Assembly (NCBI GenBank): GCA_026003755.1
Contig: BPHV01000001.1
Location: 654,393 to 718,392 of the forward strand
Direction: 5' to 3'
Source: Candidatus Roseilinea sp.
GTDB taxonomy: Bacteria > Chloroflexota > Anaerolineae > J036 > Brachytrichaceae
DNA length: 64,000 nucleotides
Within the stretch, counting starts at the first letter, position 1, and each line of letters opens with the position of its first letter. Under the pieces are notes generated by a model, which saw only the letters and a list, made by a program, of their open reading frames with translations, ran no database searches and was not told the DNA's origin. The position numbers and the translations under genes are program-made. Positions 1-9,606 of this stretch are shown here, piece by piece.

Positions 1-122
1 AAGTGCACCTGCAACGCGCCATAGAAGGTCTGAATGCCCTCAAGCTGGAGCAGGAAGGGCGCGGATGCCGGCGGCATCGCCTGCGCCATCGGTGTTGAGG
101 GGGGCGCAACCGGGGCGTTCAT
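1..122 (-). CDS. livF: LivF-like branched-chain amino acid ABC transporter ATPase, 5' end only (continues off window)
   Basis: Reverse complement of 1-122 reads MNAPVAPPSTPMAQAMPPASAPFLLQLEGIQTFYGALQVH, a typical LivF opening. Its ATG (120-122) overlaps the livG stop (119-121) as ATGA. Confidence 0.6.
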   Translation of the reverse strand, partial: MNAPVAPPSTPMAQAMPPASAPFLLQLEGIQTFYGALQVH

Positions 123-1012
123 CGGCTCACCGAAGAAGGGCGCGTCTGCGCCAGAACGGCGCGCCGATCGTCTTCGCCGGCCGGCTGCGCATCCCGCGCA
201 TCGCTGCCCAGACGCTTATGGCCCAAGTAGGCTTCGATCACCTTCGGGTCGTTGCGTACGCTTTGGGGCGCGCCTTCGGCGATCTTACGCCCCTCGTCCA
301 TGACGATGACGCGATCGGAAAGCTGCATCACCAGCGACAGCTTATGCTCGATCAGCAAGATGGTCAGGCCGCGTCCCTTGAGGGCGCGGATGAATTCGAG
401 CATCTCGGCGGTCTCGGTTGGATTCATGCCGGCGGTGGGCTCGTCCAACAAGAGCAGTCGAGGGCGCAACGCCAACGCGCGGGCGATCTCGGTGCGCCGA
501 CGGTTGGCGTAGGAGAGGCTATAGGCCGGCTGGTCGGCGCGCGGCAGCAGCCGGTCGCCGAACAAGGCCAGCACGTCGCGCGCTTCCTCGCGCAGCCGCT
601 GACGCTCCTCACGCCACGCCGGCGGCTGAACCAGCGCCAGCGCTAACTCGGCGATCATGCCCAGCACCGGCGCGCGCAAGCGATGCGCCGCCTGGCGCGT
701 GTGCGCGCCGACGAGCACGTTATCCAGCACGCTCAGGTTGCCGAACACGCGCCCGTGCTGAAAAGTGCGCGCGATGCCCAGCGCGGCCAGCTTCTCCGGC
801 GGCCAACCGGTGATTGGGCGCCCATCCAACAACACCTGGCCGGCATCCGGCTTGTCCAGGCCGGTGATCAGGTTGAACAGCGTGGTCTTGCCCGCGCCGT
901 TCGGCCCGATCACGCTCACCGTCTCACCCGCCTCGACGGTCAGATCCACACCATCCACCGCAACGACCCCGCCGAATTCGCGGCGCAGGCCGCGGACTTC
1001 TAACAGCGCCAT
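119..1012 (-). CDS. livG: branched-chain amino acid ABC transporter ATP-binding protein LivG
   Basis: 297-aa ORF with Walker A GPNGAGKTT, LLLDEPTAGMNP (Walker B region) and the LivG-type insertion. Lies in an operon with the permease. Confidence 0.9.
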   Translation of the reverse strand: MALLEVRGLRREFGGVVAVDGVDLTVEAGETVSVIGPNGAGKTTLFNLITGLDKPDAGQVLLDGRPITGWPPEKLAALGIARTFQHGRVFGNLSVLDNVLVGAHTRQAAHRLRAPVLGMIAELALALVQPPAWREERQRLREEARDVLALFGDRLLPRADQPAYSLSYANRRRTEIARALALRPRLLLLDEPTAGMNPTETAEMLEFIRALKGRGLTILLIEHKLSLVMQLSDRVIVMDEGRKIAEGAPQSVRNDPKVIEAYLGHKRLGSDARDAQPAGEDDRRAVLAQTRPSSVSR

Positions 1013-1019
1013 GCCTGCC

Positions 1020-2858
1020 TCACACCGTCCCCAGCAACCCCTGGGGGCGAAAACGCACCAACAACAGCAACACGATGCCGTAGATCAGATAGCGCGCATC
1101 GGCCAGCGGACGGAACAGCTCCGGCAGCGCCGTTAGCGCGATGGCGCCGACGACCGCGCCGCTCATGTTGCCCATCCCGCCCAAGATGACCATCGTCAGG
1201 CCGAGGATCGAAGTCGTCGCCGCGAAGGTCTCGTTGTTGATATACGAATACATGTGCGCCGTGAACGCCCCGCTCAGCCCGGCGATGAACCCGCCGGCGA
1301 TGAACGCCAGCGCCTTGTAGCGGTTCAGCGAGACGCCGAAGGCGCGCGCGGCGACCTCGTCCTCGCGCATGGCGCGCCACGTCCGGCCGAGGTGCGACTG
1401 CATCAGCCGCCATTGGAAGAGCGCGGCGACGACCAGCATCGCCAGGGCAAACCAGTAGATCGGCGCCGTCTCGATGATCGGCAGGCCGAATAACGACAGC
1501 GGCGGGATGTTGCTCAGACCCAACACCCCGTTGGTCAACCCTTCCCAGTTGAGGATAACCTGATTGATCACCTCGCCGATGCCCAGCGTGGCCAGCGCGA
1601 CGTATTGGCTGCGCAGGCGGAAGACCGGCCACGTGAGCAGCGTGCCCAGCGCCGCCGCAATGGCCGCGCCGGCGAGCAACGATAGCTCCAACGGCCAACC
1701 CAGGCGCATCGCCAACAGGGCCGAGGCGTAGCCACCGATGGCCAGGAAGCCCGCCTGGCCAAGCGACATCTGCCCCGCCGTGCCGGTGACCAGCGTGATG
1801 CTCAACGCCAGCATGGCGAACAGCCAGGCATTGGTGAAGATTTGCAAAAGGTAGGGGTTGGATGAGATGAAAGGCAAGAGGACGGCGGCAGCCAACCCGC
1901 CAATGGCCACAAACCGCGGGACGCGCACCGGCCTGCTGTTCGCCACGAACGTGCCGGTGAGCGGCTCTGGGGGCATCGCGCGACGCGCGCCGAACAGGCC
2001 GGTCGGTCGCAGCACCAACACGCCGATGAGGATGACGAAGGTGAACAGGTTGCGGTAGGTCGAGCCAAGCAACGCGACGCCAAACGTCTCGATCAAGCCC
2101 AGCAGCAAGCCGCCGATCACGGCACCGGGCACGCTGCCCAGCCCGCCCAGCAGGTTGGCCGCAAAGCCCTTGAGCATCGCGCCGTAGCTCATGGTCGGAT
2201 AGACCGAGGTGAAGTACATGCCGATCATCACGCCGCCGATGCCGCCTAGAACCGCCGCGACCGCAAACGTGAGCGCCTGGATCGCGTTTACGTCCACGCC
2301 CATCTGTTGCGCTGCCTCGCGATCCTGCGCCGTCGCGCGCAGCGCCCAGCCCAGCCGCGTGAAGCGCAGAAAGGCGAACAACATCGCCGCGCTGGTGACC
2401 GTGATGGCGGCGATGAGCACGTCGAGCGCGCCGATGCTGACCCCGCCCAACATGACGCGCGTCGCCGGCAACGGGCTGGGGAAAGACTGCGGGTTGGGCG
2501 AGAAGATGAGCTGCACCAACTGGTCGAGCGCAAAGCTGATGCCGATGGTGGCCAGCAACGGCGCGATGCGCGCTTCGCTCTGTAGCCGGCGCAGACCAAA
2601 GCGTTCGATCAGCACGCCGAGCGCCGCACAGGCCACGGCGACCACAATGAACGTCGGCCCCAACGGCCAACCCAGCCAGGTCACGCACACCCATCCCATG
2701 TAGGCGCCGATCATGTACACCGAGCCATGGGCAAAGTTGATTAAGTTGGCCACCCCGAAGATGAGGGCGAGGCCGATGGCGATCAGCGCGTAGATGTTGC
2801 CGATGACCAGCCCGTTGACGAGCTGGTCGGCCAGTGTGCGCAGCGTGAACTCAGGCAT
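1020..2858 (-). CDS. fused LivH-LivM branched-chain amino acid ABC transporter permease
   Basis: 612-aa ORF. The N-terminal half looks like LivH ([23 protein letters not shown] ... [10 protein letters not shown]). The second half looks like LivM ([26 protein letters not shown]). Confidence 0.85.
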   Translation of the reverse strand: MPEFTLRTLADQLVNGLVIGNIYALIAIGLALIFGVANLINFAHGSVYMIGAYMGWVCVTWLGWPLGPTFIVVAVACAALGVLIERFGLRRLQSEARIAPLLATIGISFALDQLVQLIFSPNPQSFPSPLPATRVMLGGVSIGALDVLIAAITVTSAAMLFAFLRFTRLGWALRATAQDREAAQQMGVDVNAIQALTFAVAAVLGGIGGVMIGMYFTSVYPTMSYGAMLKGFAANLLGGLGSVPGAVIGGLLLGLIETFGVALLGSTYRNLFTFVILIGVLVLRPTGLFGARRAMPPEPLTGTFVANSRPVRVPRFVAIGGLAAAVLLPFISSNPYLLQIFTNAWLFAMLALSITLVTGTAGQMSLGQAGFLAIGGYASALLAMRLGWPLELSLLAGAAIAAALGTLLTWPVFRLRSQYVALATLGIGEVINQVILNWEGLTNGVLGLSNIPPLSLFGLPIIETAPIYWFALAMLVVAALFQWRLMQSHLGRTWRAMREDEVAARAFGVSLNRYKALAFIAGGFIAGLSGAFTAHMYSYINNETFAATTSILGLTMVILGGMGNMSGAVVGAIALTALPELFRPLADARYLIYGIVLLLLVRFRPQGLLGTV

Positions 2859-2864
2859 GGGCGA

Positions 2865-3908
2865 TCAGGCCGATAAAGGCTGCTCGGCGGCGCGGCGCAG
2901 CGCGTGCAAGTTGGCCTCAGGTGCGTCCATGCTCACGCCGCAACCCGGCGCGAGCAGGAAGCGCCGGCCGCCCGTGGCGCGGATGGCTTGCTGCGCTTCG
3001 GCGATGACGTCGTCGGGTGCGCCGGTTTGCAGGGTGCTCAACTCGTCCACCCCGCCGATCAAGGCGCGCTGCGTCAGGCATTGCGCCGCGCCCACAGTGG
3101 GGTTGCCCTGGTTGAGCGTGGCCCAATTGATGGCATGCACCGGATAGTCCATCACCGCGTCGAAGTACACCTGTGGGCCGCACACATGCAACAGGTTGAA
3201 CGGCGCACCCTGTACCGCGCCGAGCACGCGCAGGTCGTAGGGCCGGCCAAACTGGGCATATTCTGTTTCCGTCAGCACACCGCGACGGGCGAGCTTGACG
3301 ATGGCGAAGAAGATGCCGCTTGCTCCGGCATCCACCGCCGCAGCGGCGTAGCCGGCCAGCGCGTCGGCGATCACGCTTAACGCGTGGTGAACGCCCTGGG
3401 GATTCTCGGCGATGGCGCGCCGGATGCCGTCGTACTGCGCCTGGATCAACTGGCCGGCCTCGTGCCGATCCGCGCGCGCCATCAGGAACGCCAGCACCGA
3501 CAACGGTGAGAACACCGTCTGCACGAAATGCGCGTCGCCGATGCCGGCTTTCACCCGCCGCACCAGGTCGAGATGCTCGGCAAAGACGCCACCTTTGGGA
3601 TCCACCGGCTCGAGTTGGTCCAGGTCGGCCGGCGAGCGAATCGGGCCATCCACCAGCCTGGGGAAAACCGAGGCGTAGTCGCCGAAATCGTAGCGGTTGC
3701 CCCATGCCTCGGCATAGTACGTCGCGCGCGGGTTCAACTTTAGCCAATCCCAATCGAACGCGCGAAAGTGGGCGAGGCTGACCATAGCTAATCGCTCGGC
3801 GGAGACTTCCTCGGGCACAAAATGCCGCCAAGCCGACACCGGCACGCGGTCCACCGGTTCGCCTTTGAGCGCGGCTTCCACGCGCTCGCGCTTGCTCATC
3901 CGCATCAT
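2865..3908 (-). CDS. uroporphyrinogen decarboxylase (URO-D) family protein, MtaA/MT2-like putative methyltransferase
   Basis: 347-aa ORF with a [19 protein letters not shown] opening typical of URO-D-like proteins. Carries LHVCG and APGCG motifs resembling the His/Cys zinc ligands of MT2 methyltransferases. Its stop is 6 nt before the livHM start. Confidence 0.65.
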   Translation of the reverse strand: MMRMSKRERVEAALKGEPVDRVPVSAWRHFVPEEVSAERLAMVSLAHFRAFDWDWLKLNPRATYYAEAWGNRYDFGDYASVFPRLVDGPIRSPADLDQLEPVDPKGGVFAEHLDLVRRVKAGIGDAHFVQTVFSPLSVLAFLMARADRHEAGQLIQAQYDGIRRAIAENPQGVHHALSVIADALAGYAAAAVDAGASGIFFAIVKLARRGVLTETEYAQFGRPYDLRVLGAVQGAPFNLLHVCGPQVYFDAVMDYPVHAINWATLNQGNPTVGAAQCLTQRALIGGVDELSTLQTGAPDDVIAEAQQAIRATGGRRFLLAPGCGVSMDAPEANLHALRRAAEQPLSA

Positions 3909-4002
3909 GTCTGGATCTCCTCAGGGGTCAAAAATCCTGGGTCGGCGAAGGTGTTGCTTTCGCCGACCCAACCGATCCCTTCACAAACTGTGCCGCGCCG
4001 GG

Positions 4003-5235
4003 TCACTGCCCAGCCTGCTTGCGGCCATCCCAGGTGACGAACTTGCCGTCTTTGACGATCAGGTCCACGAACTGCGGGTTGGCCACGCGGCGCGTCTCGG
4101 GGTTGAAGGTCACTTTGCCGTAGATCACGCTGGGCACATCCTTGATCTTGGTGAAAGCGTCGCGGATGGCCTTGCGATCCGGCCCGGCGATTTCGATCAG
4201 CGCCGCGACGATGTTCATCGTGTCGTAGGCGTGGGCAGCGAAGAAGTCCGGCTCTTCGTTGTATTTGGCGCGGTAGGCCTGCACGAAGGCTTGCACAGTT
4301 GGGCGAGGGTCTTCGGGCGAGAATTGGCCGCGAATGTACACACCTTCCACCGCAGCGCCACCCAGCCGCAGGAAGTCGGGCGAGTGCAGCGAAGACGCGC
4401 CGACGATGGGCACCTTGAGGTCGGTAGTCGCCAACTGCTGCACGATCTGCGCGCCGTCGGCCTGATACGAGATCAGCACGATGCCGTCGGGCTGGGCGTC
4501 GCGCACGCGCGTCAGGGCCGAGCGGAAATCCTTCTCGTCGGGCAGATACGCCTCGGCAGCAACGATCTCCGCGCCGATCTTCTGAGCGTGCTTTTGGAAG
4601 AGGTCATAGGTGGCCTTGCCCCAGTCGGTGTTCAGGTAGAACACCGCCAGCCGGTTCAGGCCCAGCGTGTTGTGCGCGAACTCCGCCAGCGCCGGCGACA
4701 GGTCGGCCTGCGTCGCGGAGTTGCTCCACATGTAGTCGCCGCCCTTGGTGAAGTCGGGGTGCGAGTTGGTGAAGCCGAACTGCACCAGGCCGGCGCGCTG
4801 ATAGATCGGCGAAGCGGCCATCGAGGCCGGGCTGCTGAAGTCGCCTAGCTCGATCACGATGCGGGGGTCGGCGACAAACTTCTGCGCCACGACGACGGAT
4901 TGCTTCGGGTCGCTCTGCGAGTCCTCAAAGATGTATTCGAGCTTGCGCCCACGCACACCGCCTTTGCCGTTGATCGCATCGAGCGCGAGGTCGAATCCTT
5001 TCTTCCATTGCACGCCGTAGCGCGCATTCGGGCCGGTGAGCGGGCCGCTCACGCCGATGTAGATCGGCTCACTCGAAGCCGCCGGCTGAGCCGGCGCAGC
5101 CTGGCCGGGCGGATTGGCAGCCGGCGGCGGTTGCACCGCGCAAGCCGATACGGCCATGGCCCACGCTGCAAAGACGCTCAAGAGGTTAAGTTTGCTTCTC
5201 CGCACAGGAGCGAATCGGTTGAAGAAACGGTTCAT
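4003..5235 (-). CDS. Liv-type ABC transporter substrate-binding protein (lipoprotein)
   Basis: Start chosen at ATG 5233-5235 (MNRFFNRF...) inside the longer listed ORF. Signal peptide ends in AVSAC. Type I periplasmic-binding-fold body (IYIGVSGPLTGPNARYG...). Confidence 0.85.
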   Translation of the reverse strand: MNRFFNRFAPVRRSKLNLLSVFAAWAMAVSACAVQPPPAANPPGQAAPAQPAASSEPIYIGVSGPLTGPNARYGVQWKKGFDLALDAINGKGGVRGRKLEYIFEDSQSDPKQSVVVAQKFVADPRIVIELGDFSSPASMAASPIYQRAGLVQFGFTNSHPDFTKGGDYMWSNSATQADLSPALAEFAHNTLGLNRLAVFYLNTDWGKATYDLFQKHAQKIGAEIVAAEAYLPDEKDFRSALTRVRDAQPDGIVLISYQADGAQIVQQLATTDLKVPIVGASSLHSPDFLRLGGAAVEGVYIRGQFSPEDPRPTVQAFVQAYRAKYNEEPDFFAAHAYDTMNIVAALIEIAGPDRKAIRDAFTKIKDVPSVIYGKVTFNPETRRVANPQFVDLIVKDGKFVTWDGRKQAGQ

Positions 5236-5520
5236 ATTGACCTCAAGTTCAGGGATAACAGCGCCGAAGCACGAACTCCAGCGCCAACGGAAAATAGACC
5301 TTGAGAGAAGAGCAGTGCGCGCGCACTGCAGCGACGGAGCGTAATGACGCAGGCAACAAGGGTGGCGCGGGCTTACCTGCGCTGGTCGGTTCCAGGCCGG
5401 CTCGCCCGCGCGGTACACAAGCACGCCTTCCCGGTGCAGCAGAGACACATCGGATGAATCGTGCGCCGTGATTTCATGATTTGACGTGAACGCATGGGCA
5501 TCGCTTGACCTGTTGGCGTG

Positions 5521-5877
5521 GATGTTAACGAGATGTGCGGCGCTTGTCAATGGCCGATCAGCGGCAACCGATCCGGCGGTACGGCCGCGCTCGCGCAGCC
5601 GCTCCTGAAAGCGCGCGAGCTGCGTCGCGTCATCGCGCACGCGGCGCTCTCGCCGATATTCCCTTCCTGGAGCTGACGCGCGACTCCTTCGACCGCATCC
5701 TGAAAGTGAACGTATATGGCATCTTCTACTGCCACCAGGCCGCCATCCCACACATGCTCCGGCAACGCGGGGGGCGGCGGGACGATCACCAGTGGCGCCC
5801 GGCTGGGCGCAACGCACAACGTCCCCTACGGCATGAGCAAGGGCGCGGTGTGGAGCGTGAAAGGCGCAAGCGGCTAG
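5521..5877 (+). pseudogene. short-chain dehydrogenase/reductase remnant (no Rossmann N-terminus, frame breaks, truncated)
   Basis: One frame reads ALADIPFLELTRDSFDRILKVNVYGIFYCHQAAIPHMLRQRGG. After a G6 run (5769-5774) another frame reads GTITSGARLGATHNVPYGMSKGAVWSVKGASG* with a YxxxK motif. No TGxxxGxG segment is visible upstream. Confidence 0.45.
5522..5550 (-). promoter_or_regulatory. candidate sigma70-type promoter for the liv operon
   Basis: Minus strand reads TTGACA (5550-5545), a 17-nt spacer, then TAACAT (5527-5522). It lies about 285 nt upstream of the binding-protein ATG. Confidence 0.3.
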
Positions 5878-5893
5878 GGCTGAAGCATCCGAC

Positions 5894-7186
5894 TTACCAG
5901 CGCGTCTCCACGAATTTCCAGCCCGGTTGCACCTTCTGCATCTCGGCTTCGTCGTCGCGCTTGGTCAAGCCACACTTGAGGTAGTTCGCGTGCAGCTTGG
6001 CCAACATGGCGCGATCGAGTTCGACCCCCAGCCCAGGCGCATCGCCGACGATCAAATCGCCATCGTCGAACTGCAGGCGCCCACCGACGATCACTTCTTC
6101 GCACTGCCAGGGATAGTGCGTGTCGCAGGCGTAGGTCAGGTTAGGCACGGCTGCCGCCAGATGCGCCATCGCCCGCAGCGAGATGCCGACGTGGCTGTTC
6201 GAGTGCATGGAGAGGCCGCGACCGAACGTGCGGCAGATGCAGGCCAGCTCGACCGACGCGCGCAGTCCGCCCCAGAAGTGGTGATCGCTTAGGATGATGT
6301 GCTCGCTGCCCAGCCGCACGCTGCCGGGGATGTCATCAAACGACGTGGTGCACATGTTCGTCGCCAGCGGGATATTCACTGCCTTCGCCACCTGCGCCAT
6401 GCCCTCCTGCCCACGGGTCGGGTCTTCGAGATACTCCAGCGCACCTTCGAGCTGCCTGCCGTATTCGATGGCCGTCTCGACCGACCACACGGCATTCGGG
6501 TCAAGGCGCAGCGGCGTATTTGGGCCGAACGCCTTGCGCAACGCAAAGATCGTGTCCACTTCGATCTGCGGCTCGAACACCCCTCCCTTCAGCTTGAGCG
6601 ACTTGAAACCGAACTCGCGGCACATGGCCTGCGCCTGGGCGACGATGCCGTCGGGGGTGAGCGCAGCCGCCTGGCGCGCAGCGGCCCAGCCGGTCGCCTT
6701 TGGATCAATGGCAAAGCCCAATTCCCCACCGGCGCCTTCGTACTTGTAGAACAGATAGGCCGAGAACGGCACGCGGTCGCGCACTTTGCCGCCCAGCAGG
6801 TCGCACACTGGCCGGCCGATGGCCTTGCCGATCAGATCCAGACAAGCGACCTCCACTGCGCCGAATGCGCGCGCAGCGCGCCGGCTGTGAATGGTAGTGC
6901 GCATGTGTTGACGGTCGCCGCTCGTTGCGCCGCCGAAGTGCGCTTCGATGTCGCGCGCGATCACATTCAACCGGAACGGATCGCGGCCCACGACCAAGTG
7001 GCGCACGCTTTCGAGATCGGCAAGCACATCTGCGCCGCCGGGCAGCTCGCTCACACCGTAGATGTTGTCGTTGCTCACCACCTCGACGATCGCGCGCAAG
7101 GCATACGGCGCATGTAGGCCGGCGGCGTTCAACAACGGCGGATCCGCGATGGCGATGGGGGTGACGTGAAAATCGGCGATGCGCAT
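5894..7186 (-). CDS. enolase-superfamily dehydratase, glucarate dehydratase-like
   Basis: 430-aa ORF. N-terminal capping region (VTPIAIADPPLLNAAGLHAPYALR) and barrel region (LRLDPNAVWSVETAIEYGRQLEGALEYLEDP) resemble GudD-type enzymes. Confidence 0.75.
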   Translation of the reverse strand: MRIADFHVTPIAIADPPLLNAAGLHAPYALRAIVEVVSNDNIYGVSELPGGADVLADLESVRHLVVGRDPFRLNVIARDIEAHFGGATSGDRQHMRTTIHSRRAARAFGAVEVACLDLIGKAIGRPVCDLLGGKVRDRVPFSAYLFYKYEGAGGELGFAIDPKATGWAAARQAAALTPDGIVAQAQAMCREFGFKSLKLKGGVFEPQIEVDTIFALRKAFGPNTPLRLDPNAVWSVETAIEYGRQLEGALEYLEDPTRGQEGMAQVAKAVNIPLATNMCTTSFDDIPGSVRLGSEHIILSDHHFWGGLRASVELACICRTFGRGLSMHSNSHVGISLRAMAHLAAAVPNLTYACDTHYPWQCEEVIVGGRLQFDDGDLIVGDAPGLGVELDRAMLAKLHANYLKCGLTKRDDEAEMQKVQPGWKFVETRW

Positions 7187-7259
7187 GGTGCGCCGGTTTT
7201 AGCACGACTTGCGCCGCTTCAAAAGCGAACAGCCCGACGCCGAAGCGGCCGGGCTGCGA

Positions 7260-7332
7260 TGGTGACGACAGGACTTGAACCTGTGACCAAGGGCTTATGA
7301 GTCCCCTGCTCTACCGACTGAGCTACGTCACC
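7260..7332 (-). tRNA. tRNA with CAU anticodon (elongator Met, or Ile2 if lysidine-modified)
   Basis: Reverse complement is GGTGACGTAGCTCAGTCGGTAGAGCAGGGGACTCATAAGCCCTTGGTCACAGGTTCAAGTCCTGTCGTCACCA. It has a 7-bp acceptor stem, D arm, GTTCAAGTCC T arm and CAT at positions 34-36. G1-C72 pair, so it is not an initiator. CCA is not encoded. Confidence 0.85.
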
Positions 7333-7366
7333 GGAGAATTGACGACGCAAATTTTACCATTACGCT

Positions 7367-8387
7367 TCAAATCGCAAGGTGGGCCGGTTCGGGAATGCCG
7401 CCCGTCGCGCGCAGCAACGTCTCCTGTACGAGCAACTCATGCGCGAGCGGCCGGTCAGGCATCTGCGCGCCGGTGATGGTGCGGATGAACGCCTCCAACT
7501 CCAGGTCATAGAGCTGCTGGCGAGATTGCGGCGACACGGGGACGACGTGCTCGCCAGCCTCGAAGCCGCCGCCGGCCTCTTCCAGACACAAGCGCAACGC
7601 GCGCGCCGGCTCGAACGGATCGAGCAGGATAGCGCTGCCTTTGATGCCGTAGACCTCGAAGCGCCGGGCCATCGGTCGCGGCTCCATCGCCGCGATGTCC
7701 ACAAAGGCGATGGCGCGCTCGAACTCGAACACACCCAGGGTATTGTCTTTGAACGCAGGCACGATGCCGCTGTCGTTGCGCAGGAAGGCTGTCACCCGCT
7801 GCGGCCGACCGAGCAACCAGACGATCTGATCGATCATGTGGCCGGCCAGGTCGTAGAAGATACCGCCGGCGTGTGTGCTGATCACCTCGCGCGCCGCCGG
7901 CGTGAGCCAGGTGGACATGTGCGCACGGATGGCAAAGACATCGCCTAGAAGTCCGCTCTTTACCCATTCGGCGATTTGCCGGAAGCCGTAGTGGTAGCGA
8001 AACATGTAGCCCATCTGGATGTGCACGCCCTGCTGTTCGGCGAGATGGACGACGCGCTGCCAATGCGCCCAATCGTCGCCTGCCGGCTTGTCATACCACA
8101 CATGTTTGCCTGCGCGCACGATCTGCTCGGTGTGCGCCAGGCCCTCTGCGTTCAGCCCTTCCGAGGCGATGGCAACGAGGGTCGGGTCGTCGAGCATCTC
8201 GCGCGGATCATCGAACCAGTGGACGCGCCGGAACGATTCACTTCTCGCGCGACAGCCGCTTGCGCTGCGCGGGATCAGGCTCGTATACGCCGGCCAGCTC
8301 GACCTGCGGGTTGGTCTGCATGGCCAGCAACTTGCCCTCGGCGTGGCCGTGCTTGGTGCCGTATTGCGCCATGCGGATCTTGCTCAT
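7367..8387 (-). pseudogene. Gfo/Idh/MocA family oxidoreductase with a 1-nt frame break (possible sequencing error)
   Basis: ATG 8385-8387 opens MSKIRMAQYGTKHGHAEGKLLAMQTNPQVELAGVYEPDPAQRKRLSREK*, with the stop at 8238-8240. The listed ORF 7367-8197 continues in another frame, open upstream as ...ESFRRVHWFDDPREMLDDPTLVAIASEG. Confidence 0.7.
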
Positions 8388-9524
8388 AGCGGGGCATAGA
8401 CATCCGGCTCGTCGTCGCTGATCATGCGCTCACCGCGCAACAGGAAGGCGCGAATGTCGTAGCGCCCCGGCCGCTGTGGCGCAAGATGACCCGACTCGAC
8501 CATCAGATCGAGTGGGTTGACGCGCGTCTGCAACGGCAGCGTCACTTTCTCATGGCAGCGCGCCGATTCGTACACCCGCGTGGATCATCTCCAGCGCCTT
8601 GTAGCCGTTGGCGGCTTCGCCGCGATGGGTCGGGATCTTGCCCTCGATCCAATCCGCCAACTCATCGGCCTGCGCCGCGCCACCCTCCAGCCATTCGAAC
8701 TGCGCGCCCTGCTCGGCGGCCTTGAAGAACTTGCCATCCGGTGTGTGGGTCTGCCACCGGCCGTTCGTCTCGGCGTTGAGAAGTTGCACCTGTTCCGTCG
8801 TCAACTGGATCATGCCGGCGCTGCCGACGACCAACGCGCCCTGGAAATAGTTGGGGACGAGATCGCTCAATAGCAGTGCACGCGCGCCGCTGCGAAACTG
8901 AAACACACCGATCGCGCAGTCCTCAATGCGCGTGTTGCGCTCATACCGGTCGCTCTTGCGTTCGACGTTGCCCATCACCCACTCGCACTCATCATCACCC
9001 AACAGATAGCGATACATGTCCGTTTGATGCGAGCTGAAGTTGGGCAAGCCGTCGCCACCCAGGCTTTGGATCAACTGCACCTGACCGATGGCACCTCGAG
9101 CGATCAACTCACGGGCAAGGGTGTAGGCCGGCAGGAAGCGGCGCTGGTGCGCGATGGCCAGCTTAACTTGGTTGCGCCGGCAGGCGATGATCATTTGCTC
9201 GGCGCGACCGAGCGTATCGGCCATCGGCTTTTCGCACAAGATGGCTTTAGGACGATGCGCCGCTGCGGCGATCGTCCAGGTCGCGTGGCCGATGTGCCAG
9301 GTGCAGACCGAGACGACGTCGGGCTTCTCCCGCTTCAGCATCTCCCGTGCGTCGGTGTAGTGCCGGGGCAGGATGCGGAACTGTTGATCCACTTCGTGCA
9401 TGGCCGAGGTGTTCAGATCGGCCAGCGCGACGATCTCGAAGCGGCCGCAGTCCAGATAGCCGCGAATGTGGTTGCGCGCGATCAGGCCGCAGCCAATCAC
9501 GGCAACGCGATGCAGCGCAGGCAT
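8384..9524 (-). pseudogene. Gfo/Idh/MocA family oxidoreductase; C-terminal 60 aa displaced into another frame at a GGG run
   Basis: ORF 8550-9524 begins VAVIGCGLIARNH (Rossmann fold). At CCC 8575-8577 the expected ...ALEMIHA-VYESARCHEKVTLPL continues in the frame of listed ORF 8384-8575. Its stop overlaps the next gene's start as ATGA. Confidence 0.7.
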
Positions 9525-9606
9525 AGTGGGGTGATGAAGTCAAACCCAAAACGGAACACTTGAGACGAAAGACGCAAGACCAAGGACGCACCAGATGATG
9601 CGCCGC

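Noticed and set aside
4003-5817. The 604-aa ORF as the true extent of the binding-protein gene. The same question applies to 36678-38600, 54366-55151, 57059-58324, 58203-59189 and 25888-26643.
   Set aside because: The N-terminal extensions are Arg-rich nonsense, or overlap upstream genes out of frame. Internal starts yield proper signal peptides or N-termini and, where present, RBSs.
7187-7366. tRNA-Met as a possible integration site for a genomic island.
   Set aside because: There is no integrase, no duplicated tRNA 3' end and no compositional break on either side. The flanking genes belong to one sugar-acid cluster.
8384-8575. The listed 63-aa ORF (MYESARCHEKVTLPL...) as an independent small gene.
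   Set aside because: Its sequence is the canonical C-terminal tail of Gfo/Idh/MocA enzymes. It joins the upstream ORF if one G of a GGG run is removed.
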